From a virus, in the IMG/VR virus record IMGVR_UViG_3300030098_007087, positions 1-64,000 of that record: a stretch of 64,000 bases of DNA; one strand, written 5' to 3'. Both the position numbers and the translations under genes were made by a program. The notes below the pieces were generated by a model. It had not been told where the DNA came from. It searched no databases and was given only the letters and a program-made list of their open reading frames with translations. Position 1 is the first letter of the stretch. The number at the start of each line of letters is the position of its first letter. Of this stretch, positions 1 to 9,115 are shown piece after piece.

Positions 1-419
1 CGAGAAGAGAGAATATTTATTTGTCTCTAAAGATTGGGGTTTGCTTAGATGGACCCGAGAAAGAATTGCAGAGATAACAAAAAAAGAATACGATATTCTT
101 ACTTGTCAAACAGATGAATATGGATGGGAAGATATAAAAGATGAAGTACCCCATGTTCTCAGCAGAGAAGTAGTAGAGATGCCATTGGATAAGTAGTTCA
201 TAAAGTGGTAAGAAGTGGGGCAAAGTGGGGGGTAAAAGTAATAAAGTGGGAAAGGGTGTTGTAAGTATGCAAGTATAATGAAGAAAAGAAAGCCCCAGAA
301 ATAATAAGGTAGGAGAAAGGGGCTAGAAATGGGGTAAGACCTAACACACTCACGTTAGCCTTGTCAAGTAAAATCGACATTCCCCTGTATTGTCCTACAC
401 TTAGGCAAGCCCTATAAGT

Positions 420-434
420 TGGCACGGGAATTGC
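420..434 (+). promoter_or_regulatory. sigma54 (-24/-12) promoter-like box
   Basis: TGGCACGGGAATTGC matches TGGCAC-N5-TTGC with exact GG-N10-GC spacing. Confidence 0.6.
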
Positions 435-437
435 CTA

Positions 438-452
438 GCACAAAGCATGCCA
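438..452 (-). promoter_or_regulatory. sigma54-like box, opposite strand
   Basis: Minus strand reads TGGCATGCTTTGTGC, GG-N10-GC. Confidence 0.45.
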
Positions 453-510
453 AGTTTGCCTGTAGAATAAGGCGGAGGGCACAAAACCATCCTTTTTTTA
501 TTGCCAACAA

Positions 511-523
511 TATCAACAACTTA
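511..523 (+). promoter_or_regulatory. IHF binding site consensus
   Basis: TATCAACAACTTA matches WATCAANNNNTTR, with an upstream T-tract. Confidence 0.5.
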
Positions 524-629
524 GTTTACAATCCTCTAGGCGGAGATAGAAAAAGGTCGGAGATAACATTAAAATAAGTTGAATAAAAAGGAAAGGCTAC
601 CGTCTAATAAGGGAAGGTAAGGGGAAGAC

Positions 630-713
630 ATGATAGACATACTTGTATTAGGCACAGTGGTATTAGTAATAGGGACAGTAATAGAAGTGCTAATAGACAT
701 AAGAAAGAAGTAA
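630..713 (+). CDS. putative 27-aa membrane peptide (not in ORF track)
   Basis: MIDILVLGTVVLVIGTVIEVLIDIRKK: one hydrophobic stretch and a basic tail, purine-rich sequence upstream. Confidence 0.35.
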   Translation: MIDILVLGTVVLVIGTVIEVLIDIRKK

Positions 714-795
714 GAGAAAGAAAGAGAGCAGACAAGGAGCAGGGGCCACCCCCCTCCCCCCTACTACCGGAATCCCAATCCTATATATAGCATAC

Positions 796-810
796 TGGCA
801 TAGGCTGTGC
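796..810 (+). promoter_or_regulatory. sigma54-like box
   Basis: TGGCATAGGCTGTGC, GG-N10-GC. Confidence 0.4.
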
Positions 811-946
811 TAAGGCCGTGCGTGATACGGCTGAAAAATTTCCCAGATTTTAGGTAAAAGCTGAAAATGAAACATACTTAGTAGTATACTAAGGGTTGAA
901 AAACCGCGCAAAAAAATTTCACAGATATACAAGGAACGCAAACACC

Positions 947-2629
947 ATGATAATCAGCAAAGGCATACTTAAGCAGATGATAGCCGAAGAGATGGCTAAG
1001 TTCAACACTATGAGCGAACAAGAAGAAGAACAGGGGCAAGACGAAGCAGGTGAAGCCCAACCATCGGCAGGTGGTATTGATGCGAACAAAGCACTCGATA
1101 TGAACCTACCTCAGTTCGTACAAGCGTTGCAATCTAACCAAGAAGACGTTATCAAGGCTGTATTGGGTGGGCTTACAGACGGTGGAGCGGATGATGATAA
1201 GGTCAACATCGTGCCAACAACAGTGCCCATTGCAGACTTGAAGCCAACTCAAAGCGAAGTGGTTTTCAGCAAGTCAATCCCGTTTGCATTAGAGAACCCA
1301 GAGGTCTTCATGAAGTACCTTTCAGGGAATGGACCTTTCAAGGTAGGACCGCCCGGAAATGACGCAATTATCACATTGAATGGGCAGTTCATTTTGGACG
1401 GTCACCATCGATGGTCGTCTTTGTACTCAATCAACCCAGACGCATCGATGCACACATTTGATATTCAAGTACCGGGATTAGAGCCGTTGGATGCGCTAAA
1501 GCTAATGCAAGCCTCAATCAAGGCACATTCAGGTGCGGTGCCTTCTAATAAAGGTGGAGGGGTAAACCTGTTCCAAATTGATACTGATAATTTGACGAAG
1601 GGCGTGAAAAATTCAGCGACCCCCGAAAACTTGCGAAAATTGATCAATTTAGGTTTTCTAAAAGGAGCGCAGGCTGTTGATGAGCAAGAGGGCAACCAAT
1701 TACAGCAAGCTTTGAGAAAGCTGCTTAAGCTTTACGGAGCAAATATTGCTAGAATGAGAGCTAATAATGCCCCAGTATCCGGCGCTAGTTCTAGAGAGCC
1801 TATGCCGCAAACTGATAAACCATCTGGTTCTCAGGTGACTGCGGGTGGCGATACTCCTGCTGCGCTAGAACCTCTGGAAAAAGGACAAATCGATTTCAAG
1901 AAGCCTTTCGCAGAAGGCGATAAAAAAGGAGAACAAAAAATGCAAGAATCAAAGAAAGACCTACTAAAGCGCATCGTGGCAGAGGAAGTCGCCAAGATGG
2001 AAATTGACGCTGTGCAGAAAGAAGGCATTTTCGACTTTTTCAAGAAAAAGAAAAAAGAAGAGCCTGCACCCGAGCCAGAACCAGAAGCTCCAAGTGAAGA
2101 GGAACTAAAGGCACAAGCAATTCAAAAAATCAAAGATGATATCTTTCTCCCAATGGGCTTCAACGCGACGGTAAGGTACTTTAATAAGTATGGCTTTGGC
2201 GGTGGTCACATGCTGCGTGGCGCTTTTGTGGGAAATAAAATGAAATTTGGTCATTATGCCGCTGATTATGTCGCAGATGAGCTTGCTGGAAAAGATGGCA
2301 AAAAGAGTAAACTTGCTTACCTAGCGGATGAAGATTTGGAACTCGCATTGGCTACAGCAATATATAATCAAAACCCGAAAGCTGTCAATGACAAAAAACG
2401 CAATCAAGAAATTGTGAATACAATGGCTGCTGCTGCCGAAGCCCAATATGAATATATGACGAAAGACACTGGTGGAGGGGGTAGTTCTTCATCATCTAGA
2501 AAGTCTGAATTTGATAAATGGCAATCCGGCGAAGGCGATAACTACAATTATATGACCCGCATGGAAAACCTTAGCAAAGAACAATTAGCTAAAATCGTAA
2601 AAGAAGAATTGGCTCAACTAAAGAAGTAA
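947..2629 (+). CDS. ParB/Srx-like domain protein, probable virion-internal protein
   Basis: LKPTQSE and ILDGHHRW ParB-N/sulfiredoxin motifs; three L-x-x-[IM]-[IV]-x-EE helices; start moved to ATG 947 (AAGGA upstream). Confidence 0.7.
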   Translation: MIISKGILKQMIAEEMAKFNTMSEQEEEQGQDEAGEAQPSAGGIDANKALDMNLPQFVQALQSNQEDVIKAVLGGLTDGGADDDKVNIVPTTVPIADLKPTQSEVVFSKSIPFALENPEVFMKYLSGNGPFKVGPPGNDAIITLNGQFILDGHHRWSSLYSINPDASMHTFDIQVPGLEPLDALKLMQASIKAHSGAVPSNKGGGVNLFQIDTDNLTKGVKNSATPENLRKLINLGFLKGAQAVDEQEGNQLQQALRKLLKLYGANIARMRANNAPVSGASSREPMPQTDKPSGSQVTAGGDTPAALEPLEKGQIDFKKPFAEGDKKGEQKMQESKKDLLKRIVAEEVAKMEIDAVQKEGIFDFFKKKKKEEPAPEPEPEAPSEEELKAQAIQKIKDDIFLPMGFNATVRYFNKYGFGGGHMLRGAFVGNKMKFGHYAADYVADELAGKDGKKSKLAYLADEDLELALATAIYNQNPKAVNDKKRNQEIVNTMAAAAEAQYEYMTKDTGGGGSSSSSRKSEFDKWQSGEGDNYNYMTRMENLSKEQLAKIVKEELAQLKK

Positions 2630-2630
2630 C

Positions 2631-2873
2631 ATGAAAAAGCAACCCTACCGAGAAGGCGAAGATCGCTTATTATTGATAATAGGTGCATTTATCGCCTCTT
2701 TTATTTTATTACTATCAATGTATGCGTATTCGCCTATGGCAACTTCAAAAGGGGATAGTTGCATAAAATATTGCCATTCTGAATATGAAAAAAAGAATAC
2801 ATTGTATAGGATTACTGACATGTTTAGAAAAAATATTGAAATGTCTGAGTGTTTCGAGGAATGTATGAGATAG
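2631..2873 (+). CDS. small membrane protein with Cys-containing extracytoplasmic domain
   Basis: N-terminal TM segment, CxxxC twice. Confidence 0.6.
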   Translation: MKKQPYREGEDRLLLIIGAFIASFILLLSMYAYSPMATSKGDSCIKYCHSEYEKKNTLYRITDMFRKNIEMSECFEECMR

Positions 2874-2881
2874 TTATTAAT

Positions 2882-3004
2882 ATGGAAAAACAACAACAAT
2901 GTGATATGACAAAAGGAGAGAAAGTAACAATAGCACTTTTACAAGTTGTAGCTGTATTCTGCTTTATAGAGCTAGTAGTTACTCTCGTACAATGTTATGG
3001 ATAA
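2882..3004 (+). CDS. putative 40-aa membrane peptide (not in ORF track)
   Basis: MEKQQQCDMTKGEKVTIALLQVVAVFCFIELVVTLVQCYG; fills the gap; ATG is 4 nt after the late-type motif ATAGTTAT. Confidence 0.5.
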   Translation: MEKQQQCDMTKGEKVTIALLQVVAVFCFIELVVTLVQCYG

Positions 3005-3227
3005 AAAAATTTTTCTCGAAAAACTTCGCAAAACCTTCCCCAATTTTGAACTGCGCGTGGGCGATGCTCGGTTCGCTGACGGCGAATCAATCTTTGTAAA
3101 CGGCAGTTCAATCAAAATCGCATGGTCTCCAACTTTAGACAAATTAGACTCTCAAACTCTTGAAATATTACTACGCGATGTAGAACCCTATATTCAAGAA
3201 ACCTGCCACATCCTATCAAAAGACTAA
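2997..3227 (+). CDS. hypothetical protein
   Basis: 76-aa ORF in a tightly packed plus-strand run. Confidence 0.55.
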   Translation: MDKKIFLEKLRKTFPNFELRVGDARFADGESIFVNGSSIKIAWSPTLDKLDSQTLEILLRDVEPYIQETCHILSKD

Positions 3228-3235
3228 TTATATAT

Positions 3236-3445
3236 ATGAAGATAGGCGATCTTGTAAAATGGAAAGAAGACAATTCCACTGTCTCTATGCCCCCCGGTTA
3301 CCATAACTGGGAAGACGTAGGTGTCGTTGTGGATTATTTTGATATTGACACCGTTATTGTAAAATGGTGTAGTGGAGAAGAGTTTACCGTTTGGATGGAA
3401 GATTTAGAAATTATATCCGGAATGGAAGACTTAACAAATCTATAA
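3236..3445 (+). CDS. small SH3/KOW-like barrel phage protein (MKIGDLV type)
   Basis: MKIGDLVKW...GVVV...VKW...EDLEII pattern. Confidence 0.7.
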   Translation: MKIGDLVKWKEDNSTVSMPPGYHNWEDVGVVVDYFDIDTVIVKWCSGEEFTVWMEDLEIISGMEDLTNL

Positions 3446-3465
3446 ACTGCCTATATACTCGAAGC

Positions 3466-3693
3466 ATGAATAAACAAAGACCACAACTAAATGTAAATAT
3501 CAACCCTGACTTGGTTGAAGATGTAAAGTGTGAAAAGTGTGAATGTCAATCTTTCACTGCTTGCTACATTATAAAAAGGGTACCCGCTCTGGTTTCTCCA
3601 ACAGGAAAAGAAATGATGATGCCTGTTGAGACCTTTTCTTGTTTGGCTTGTGGTCACATCAATAAGGAATTTATGCCTGATCTCAAAAAATAG
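3466..3693 (+). CDS. zinc-ribbon protein
   Basis: CEKC...CLAC-GH; start moved to ATG 3466. Confidence 0.7.
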   Translation: MNKQRPQLNVNINPDLVEDVKCEKCECQSFTACYIIKRVPALVSPTGKEMMMPVETFSCLACGHINKEFMPDLKK

Positions 3694-3703
3694 GTGTTTC
3701 GTT

Positions 3704-3991
3704 ATGAAAAAAATTTTCTCGGTATTTTTAGTTCTTGGTTTAGCAGCTTGGATAATGGCTTTAGCTAGTGTAACCGGTTGTGAAGTTCACAATTATCACG
3801 ATGAGCCTCATAATTATGTATGTTATGAGGAGCCCCCTTTCTACCAAAGCCCTGATTACTGCGACTATTACTTTGCTGGTAAATGTTGCGGCTGGTACGT
3901 GGGCGGCTCTGCAACGACCGATTGTTTCGACGAATGGTGTGTTTGGGACGAGTGGTGCGGATGGGAACCCGGAGGAACTGTTTGTTACTAA
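3704..3991 (+). CDS. Cys-rich putative lipoprotein
   Basis: MKK, hydrophobic core and VTGC lipobox; Cys/Trp/Tyr-rich mature part. Confidence 0.65.
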   Translation: MKKIFSVFLVLGLAAWIMALASVTGCEVHNYHDEPHNYVCYEEPPFYQSPDYCDYYFAGKCCGWYVGGSATTDCFDEWCVWDEWCGWEPGGTVCY

Positions 3992-4088
3992 GATACATCC
4001 GTTTATCTGGGTAACAATTCTCTATATCGCTCAATTTGTTTCAATTTACTTTTTGTTTTATTAGATCTAGTTATGTTATAAACCATGG

Positions 4089-6260
4089 ATGGGTTATGAC
4101 TTGCAAAAAAAATTCTTTTTCTTAAAAATTTTCTTTTTTTTAGCTGCCATTATCGGCTGCTCTGACCTGTTTGAAAATCCTTATCCCTTTCCCGGTCACT
4201 TAGATACGCAAGAAGAGCCGAAGTATGACCTGACCAATGATGCTGTTACAAACCAAGAAAACAGTCCGGGCGAACTAGAGAAAAATAATATCAACAATCT
4301 TTTCGAGTTGCAGAAACAATATCAGCAAGATTGTTACAAAACAGAATATTTTTTCTGTCCTCCATCATTATTCCTTAATGAGGTGTGGGAATTTCAACTA
4401 ATAACTGATACATGTAAAGATCCTGAAGAGGTTGTTTATAAAGGACCTTGCGAACAAAAGTTTGAATGCGATCCCGCTAACACTGAACCAGAAACAGTTA
4501 TGTGCTCTGTTCCTGTCTCAACGGGTGGTAATGCATATGGATCACAAGAAAAATGGTGTGATAAAGGTGTTTGGAAATATACAGACTGTACAATTTGCGA
4601 ACCAGAGGTATGTGACGGCTTAGATAATGATTGCAACGGGGAGATAGATGATTTACCTATTCAAGAATGCGAAAATGAATGTGGTTTAGGTGATCTAGTT
4701 TGTGTTGATGGTGAAGAGATTTGTTTCGGCGATGAACCACAAGAAGAAATTTGCGATTATAAAGATAACGACTGTGATGGTTTAATCGACGAAGGTCAAA
4801 CAAACGCTTGCGATAGTTGCGGAGACGTACCAGAAGAAGTATGTGATGGTTTCGATAACGATTGTGATGGTAAAACAGATGAAGATCTAGAACAGCTTTG
4901 CGAAACTGACTGTGAGTCAGGGCTTGAATTTTGCGTTCTTGGATCTTGGGTTGGATGCACAGCAAAAGTGCCATTCTTAGAAATATGCAATGGGTTGGAT
5001 GATGATTGCGATGGAAGCGTTGATGAGGATTTGGATTGTCTATGTACACAGCAAATGGTTGGCGCTCTTTTCCCGTGTTATGAATCTCCTCTGATTTGCG
5101 GTCAGGGATATAAAACTTGCGAATGTTTTGACGAGGACTGCGAACAAATATTTATGACCGAATGTTTTGCTATGTGTAGCTATGAAAACCCAGTTCCAGA
5201 AAACTGTGATAAATTCAAAGGGATCAATGTTAATGAGATTTGCAATAATCATGATGATAATTGTAATCAAATGATAGACGAAAACCTTTTCAAGAATTGC
5301 TACACAGGAGAACCTCAAACTTTATATGTTGGTATTTGTGTTCCCGGTGAAATGACCTGTGAAAAAGGCTCTTGGGGAAATTATTATGAAGATGGTGAAA
5401 CTTTTATAGGTGACTATTGCATGGGAGAGATTGTACCTAATGAAAAGGATGAATGTAATGGAGAAGACGATAATTGCGATGGCATTGTAGATGATGGCAA
5501 AGAATTGAAAGATACTGATATTCTTTTTATTATCGATGCATCTGGCTCCATGCAGGATGAGATTGATGCTGTGCTTGTGGCGATGAATCAATTTGCAACA
5601 TATTACAAAGACGAAGAAGTTATACAATGGGGATTGGTTATGGGACCATTTGCTCAATCAAAACCAGATACTTGGGGTAGCAATCAGGTTGTTGAGATAG
5701 TTGCAAACTTGTCTCCTTTTAGTGATTTTATTTCTGCTCTTTCTGGCGTTAATGCTGATTGGGCTACAGGTTTAGAGCCCATGTATGATATAATTTATTT
5801 ATCTTTATGGAATCTAGCTCCAACATCAGCGTTGCCATGGCCAATATCAGATTTAAGCTTTTTAGAGAACTTTGGATCTTGGAATGAGGTCTACACAGAT
5901 CCTAATCCACAAAACTTTGAAATCAATTGGAGAGATGATGCACAACATGTAGTAATAGTATTTACAGATGAGGCAGGGCAAAGTTATATATCGATGCTAG
6001 ATCAACTAAATGTACTATCATCTTTGTACCATGAAGGTATTTCTCAAAATGATTTACAGCAATTAATATCAAATTGTATAGACTTAAATGTTTATACTTT
6101 TACAAAGCCAGCACATAAAGGACCAGCATCATACATGGGCGAGCCTGCTGGATTCGAGCCCCTTACAATCTACGGTGGACAATGGTTTGAGTTAGTTAGC
6201 AATCCTGCTCAACTCTATGAGAATCTCATGCAAATTATTGATGACAACGCTTGCGAATAA
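4089..6260 (+). CDS. lipoprotein with Cys-rich (MopE-type/myxobacterial) repeats and C-terminal VWA domain
   Basis: IIGC lipobox; several E-[VI]-C-[DN]-G-x-D-[ND]-D-C-[DN]-G repeats; DILFIIDASGSM MIDAS motif and VFTDE. Confidence 0.85.
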   Translation: MGYDLQKKFFFLKIFFFLAAIIGCSDLFENPYPFPGHLDTQEEPKYDLTNDAVTNQENSPGELEKNNINNLFELQKQYQQDCYKTEYFFCPPSLFLNEVWEFQLITDTCKDPEEVVYKGPCEQKFECDPANTEPETVMCSVPVSTGGNAYGSQEKWCDKGVWKYTDCTICEPEVCDGLDNDCNGEIDDLPIQECENECGLGDLVCVDGEEICFGDEPQEEICDYKDNDCDGLIDEGQTNACDSCGDVPEEVCDGFDNDCDGKTDEDLEQLCETDCESGLEFCVLGSWVGCTAKVPFLEICNGLDDDCDGSVDEDLDCLCTQQMVGALFPCYESPLICGQGYKTCECFDEDCEQIFMTECFAMCSYENPVPENCDKFKGINVNEICNNHDDNCNQMIDENLFKNCYTGEPQTLYVGICVPGEMTCEKGSWGNYYEDGETFIGDYCMGEIVPNEKDECNGEDDNCDGIVDDGKELKDTDILFIIDASGSMQDEIDAVLVAMNQFATYYKDEEVIQWGLVMGPFAQSKPDTWGSNQVVEIVANLSPFSDFISALSGVNADWATGLEPMYDIIYLSLWNLAPTSALPWPISDLSFLENFGSWNEVYTDPNPQNFEINWRDDAQHVVIVFTDEAGQSYISMLDQLNVLSSLYHEGISQNDLQQLISNCIDLNVYTFTKPAHKGPASYMGEPAGFEPLTIYGGQWFELVSNPAQLYENLMQIIDDNACE

Positions 6261-6261
6261 C

Positions 6262-6290
6262 TTTACTTATTTTCATCTCTATGATATGAT
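6262..6290 (+). promoter_or_regulatory. sigma70-type promoter of purA-cysK
   Basis: TTTACT-N17-TATGAT with extended -10 TG. Confidence 0.55.
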
Positions 6291-6311
6291 GTTTTTATTT
6301 ATGGAGGTGAT

Positions 6312-7307
6312 ATGAAGGCTGATATTGTTATTGGCGCTCAATATGGTGACGAAGCAAAAGGTAAAATCGCTCACCATTTATGTAAAACCGGCGGGTACAC
6401 ACATGTTATTCGCTTCAATGGTGGTTGCAACGCTGGTCATACGATTTATCATGGTGGCAAGAAATTTATAACTCATCATATTCCTTGTGGTGTGTTTTAT
6501 GGTATTCCATCAATTATTGGACCCGGATGTGTTATCGACCCAGAAAGGTTCTTCAATGAAATTGAAGAATTAGAAAGTGCTGGAATTGCAGCAGAAACAC
6601 TTGTTTCAATCGCTAGAAATGCACATGTGATCACAAATTCCCACAGAGAAGAAGACGAAAAAGACGAAAAGATCGGCACCACAAAACGAGGAAATGGTCC
6701 AGCTTACCGTGACAAATATGCTAGAAAAGGTGTAAGGGCTGAGACGTTACCACAGTTTGAAGACTACCTTGTTGATATTTATGAAGAACTTCATTCATCT
6801 CCAAATGCTAAAATTCTTTTAGAAGGTGCACAAGGGTTTGGATTAGATATCGATCATGGAGACTACCCTTATGTGACATCATCACATTGTACATCAGCTT
6901 CAGCACTTCTTAGTGGAATTCCACCGCAATCAGTAGATAAAGTTTGGGGTGTTGCAAAGATTTATGAAACTTATGTTGGGGCTAAAAAATTTGAATCTGA
7001 TGAGGAGATTTTCAAAATTATCAGAAACATTGGGAAAGAATATGGTGCTACAACAGGAAGACCTCGACAATGTAATTGGCTGAACTGGGATTTTCTTGAA
7101 AAATCAGTAAAGATGAATGGTGTCACCGATCTTGTCCTTAACAAAATGGATGTTTTACGGCAAATTAATAAATGGTCACTAATTCATAATGACAAAAAAA
7201 TAACTTTTGATACTGAGGATAATATGAAAAAATGGATCGTGCAAAAAGCAAATCTATTACCAACTGTATCAAATGTTTATTTTTCAGGAGATCCAAATGG
7301 CTTGTGA
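6312..7307 (+). CDS. purA: adenylosuccinate synthetase (short form)
   Basis: QYGDEAKGK, NAGHT, GTTKRGNGPAY, EGAQG, GDYPYVTSS, TTGRPR, NKMD. Confidence 0.95.
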   Translation: MKADIVIGAQYGDEAKGKIAHHLCKTGGYTHVIRFNGGCNAGHTIYHGGKKFITHHIPCGVFYGIPSIIGPGCVIDPERFFNEIEELESAGIAAETLVSIARNAHVITNSHREEDEKDEKIGTTKRGNGPAYRDKYARKGVRAETLPQFEDYLVDIYEELHSSPNAKILLEGAQGFGLDIDHGDYPYVTSSHCTSASALLSGIPPQSVDKVWGVAKIYETYVGAKKFESDEEIFKIIRNIGKEYGATTGRPRQCNWLNWDFLEKSVKMNGVTDLVLNKMDVLRQINKWSLIHNDKKITFDTEDNMKKWIVQKANLLPTVSNVYFSGDPNGL

Positions 7308-8190
7308 TAGATTGGTAGGAAACACGCCCATGGTAAATGTTGCACCAAACGTTTGGGCGAAAATGGAAGCGTATAATCCTACCGGTAGTATAAAAGATCG
7401 CATGGTAAACTATGTTCTAAAGCGTGTAATAAAAGAAGGTAGAGTAAAAAAGGGCGATACGGTTGTGGAAGCTACTAGCGGAAACACCGGCATCGCTTTA
7501 TCTTTTTTTGGTCAAATTCAAGGCTTGAACGTAAAAATAATTATGCCCTCAAACATGTCCGAAGAAAGAAAGAAAATGATGAAATACTTTGGAGCAGAGA
7601 TTATTGAAGTAGATCCCGGCGATTTTGAGGGGGCTATAGATGTGCGAGATAGAATGGCTACAGAAAACGGATGGTACAATTTCAATCAGTTTCATGAGCC
7701 TTTGAATATCGAATGCCATTATGTTACAACCGGAAATGAAATAGTTAGACAAATAGAAGATATTTTTGGATTCACTGAGTATTGTCCAACCTTGATAGAG
7801 GCTATTGTGCTTGGTACAGGTACAGGTGGCACAATAATGGGCGCTGGAAAAAGAATAAAAGAAAATTATCCTAACGCTAAAATAGTTGCTGTCGAGCCGG
7901 CAGAGTCTGCTGTAATGAGTGGTGGTAAAGAAGGCTTGCATGGTATTCAAGGTATTGGCGATGGATCAAAATTTCTAGTTGATCTAGACAAAGTAGATGA
8001 AATCATTACAATTCCTACCGAAGATGCAAAGGAAAAGGCTAGACAATTAGCTAAAAAAGGTTTCTTTGTAGGAATTAGTTCTGGTGCTAATGTTTTGGCT
8101 GCTGAAAAGTGGGCTAAAAAGAATAATCCGCGAGGCTCTGTTATTACAATTCTTTGTGATCGCGGAGAAAGATATATGAGTATTCTCTAA
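7297..8190 (+). CDS. cysK: cysteine synthase (O-acetylserine sulfhydrylase, PLP fold II)
   Basis: VGNTP, KMEAYNPTGSIKDR, EATSGNTG, GTGGT, HGIQGIG, GISSG, DRGERY; start at ATG 7297 after AGGAG. Confidence 0.93.
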   Translation: MACDRLVGNTPMVNVAPNVWAKMEAYNPTGSIKDRMVNYVLKRVIKEGRVKKGDTVVEATSGNTGIALSFFGQIQGLNVKIIMPSNMSEERKKMMKYFGAEIIEVDPGDFEGAIDVRDRMATENGWYNFNQFHEPLNIECHYVTTGNEIVRQIEDIFGFTEYCPTLIEAIVLGTGTGGTIMGAGKRIKENYPNAKIVAVEPAESAVMSGGKEGLHGIQGIGDGSKFLVDLDKVDEIITIPTEDAKEKARQLAKKGFFVGISSGANVLAAEKWAKKNNPRGSVITILCDRGERYMSIL

Positions 8191-8226
8191 TCATATTTAG
8201 TTAATAGCTATTTAGCAAACAAAATA

Positions 8227-8234
8227 CTATTTAT
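8227..8234 (+). promoter_or_regulatory. putative phage late promoter CTATTTAT
   Basis: Identical octamer upstream of genes at 22258, 23301, 23818, 49483 and 61892. Confidence 0.65.
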
Positions 8235-8255
8235 TATGATTTGGAGTCTTTTTTT

Positions 8256-9101
8256 ATGCAAGATCTGAAAAAACACGTCATGTCTTTCTTTCCTTTTGCC
8301 CAAAAACAACTTGGGTTTAAGAGACCACCTAAATTATTTTTTGTTAATGACAAACAAAACGCTGGTGAAATTTTGGGAAAGACTGCTTATTACGAGCCAG
8401 AGACAGAAACTATAAAAATTTATGTTACAAATAGGCACCCCAAAGACGTGCTTAGATCTTTCTCGCATGAACTTGTTCATCATGCCCAAAACTGTCGCGG
8501 AGATTTTGATAACGACACAGTGACAGAAGAAGGGTATGCACAAAACGATCCACATTTGAGAGAGATGGAAAGAGAAGCATACGAAAAGGGAAATATGATA
8601 TTTAGAGACTATTGCGATGGTCTCACTAACAACGGAGGATTAGAACAAATGTCTATGACAGAAGATAAGCTTAGAGAAGCAGTAAGAGCAGCTATTCAAA
8701 GATTAGCAGAAAAAGGTGGTGCAAAACCAGACTTCCTTGATTTGGACAAGGACGGAGATAAAGAAGAGTCTATGAAAGATGCAGCAGCAGACGCCGATGA
8801 TAAGAAGAAAGTTGATGAGGCATCTCTTGCCGATGATCCAACTGCCGCTGAAGAGGCTGAAGCCGCAGAAAGAGCCGCAGAAGGTGGTGAATCTGAAACA
8901 AAAGTGAACGAAGAAGATGAACTGGAAGAGTCCCCATCTCACCCTGCTAGCGACAGATCTCAAGGTCGTGACACTGGTAGGAGAGTAAAGGATGTCAACT
9001 CTGGTGAGAGAAAAGAAGTTGCGGAGTCTGTTGATGAACTCAAAGAATGGTATTTAGGAACACTTTCTGAGAGCTTGATTAAAAAGTTTACACAGAAATA
9101 G
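8256..9101 (+). CDS. zincin-like metallopeptidase domain protein with acidic tail, probable virion protein
   Basis: HELVHH...EREAY; DLDKDGD EF-hand-like loop; LREAVRAAI helix. Confidence 0.75.
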   Translation: MQDLKKHVMSFFPFAQKQLGFKRPPKLFFVNDKQNAGEILGKTAYYEPETETIKIYVTNRHPKDVLRSFSHELVHHAQNCRGDFDNDTVTEEGYAQNDPHLREMEREAYEKGNMIFRDYCDGLTNNGGLEQMSMTEDKLREAVRAAIQRLAEKGGAKPDFLDLDKDGDKEESMKDAAADADDKKKVDEASLADDPTAAEEAEAAERAAEGGESETKVNEEDELEESPSHPASDRSQGRDTGRRVKDVNSGERKEVAESVDELKEWYLGTLSESLIKKFTQK

Positions 9102-9115
9102 GAGAGACGTAAATA

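Noticed and set aside
333-367. Minus-strand sigma70 promoter starting at TTGACA
   Set aside because: No convincing -10 hexamer at 16-18 nt spacing
17-425. Minus-strand ORFs 17-223 and 198-425
   Set aside because: No RBS or recognisable motif; the Phe/Leu/Ser richness is expected from the purine-skewed plus strand
6312-7307. PurZ / 2-aminoadenine (Z) genome pathway
   Set aside because: The protein has the PurA catalytic Asp (GDEAKG) rather than the PurZ Ser, keeps NKMD, and no datZ or mazZ-like neighbours are visible
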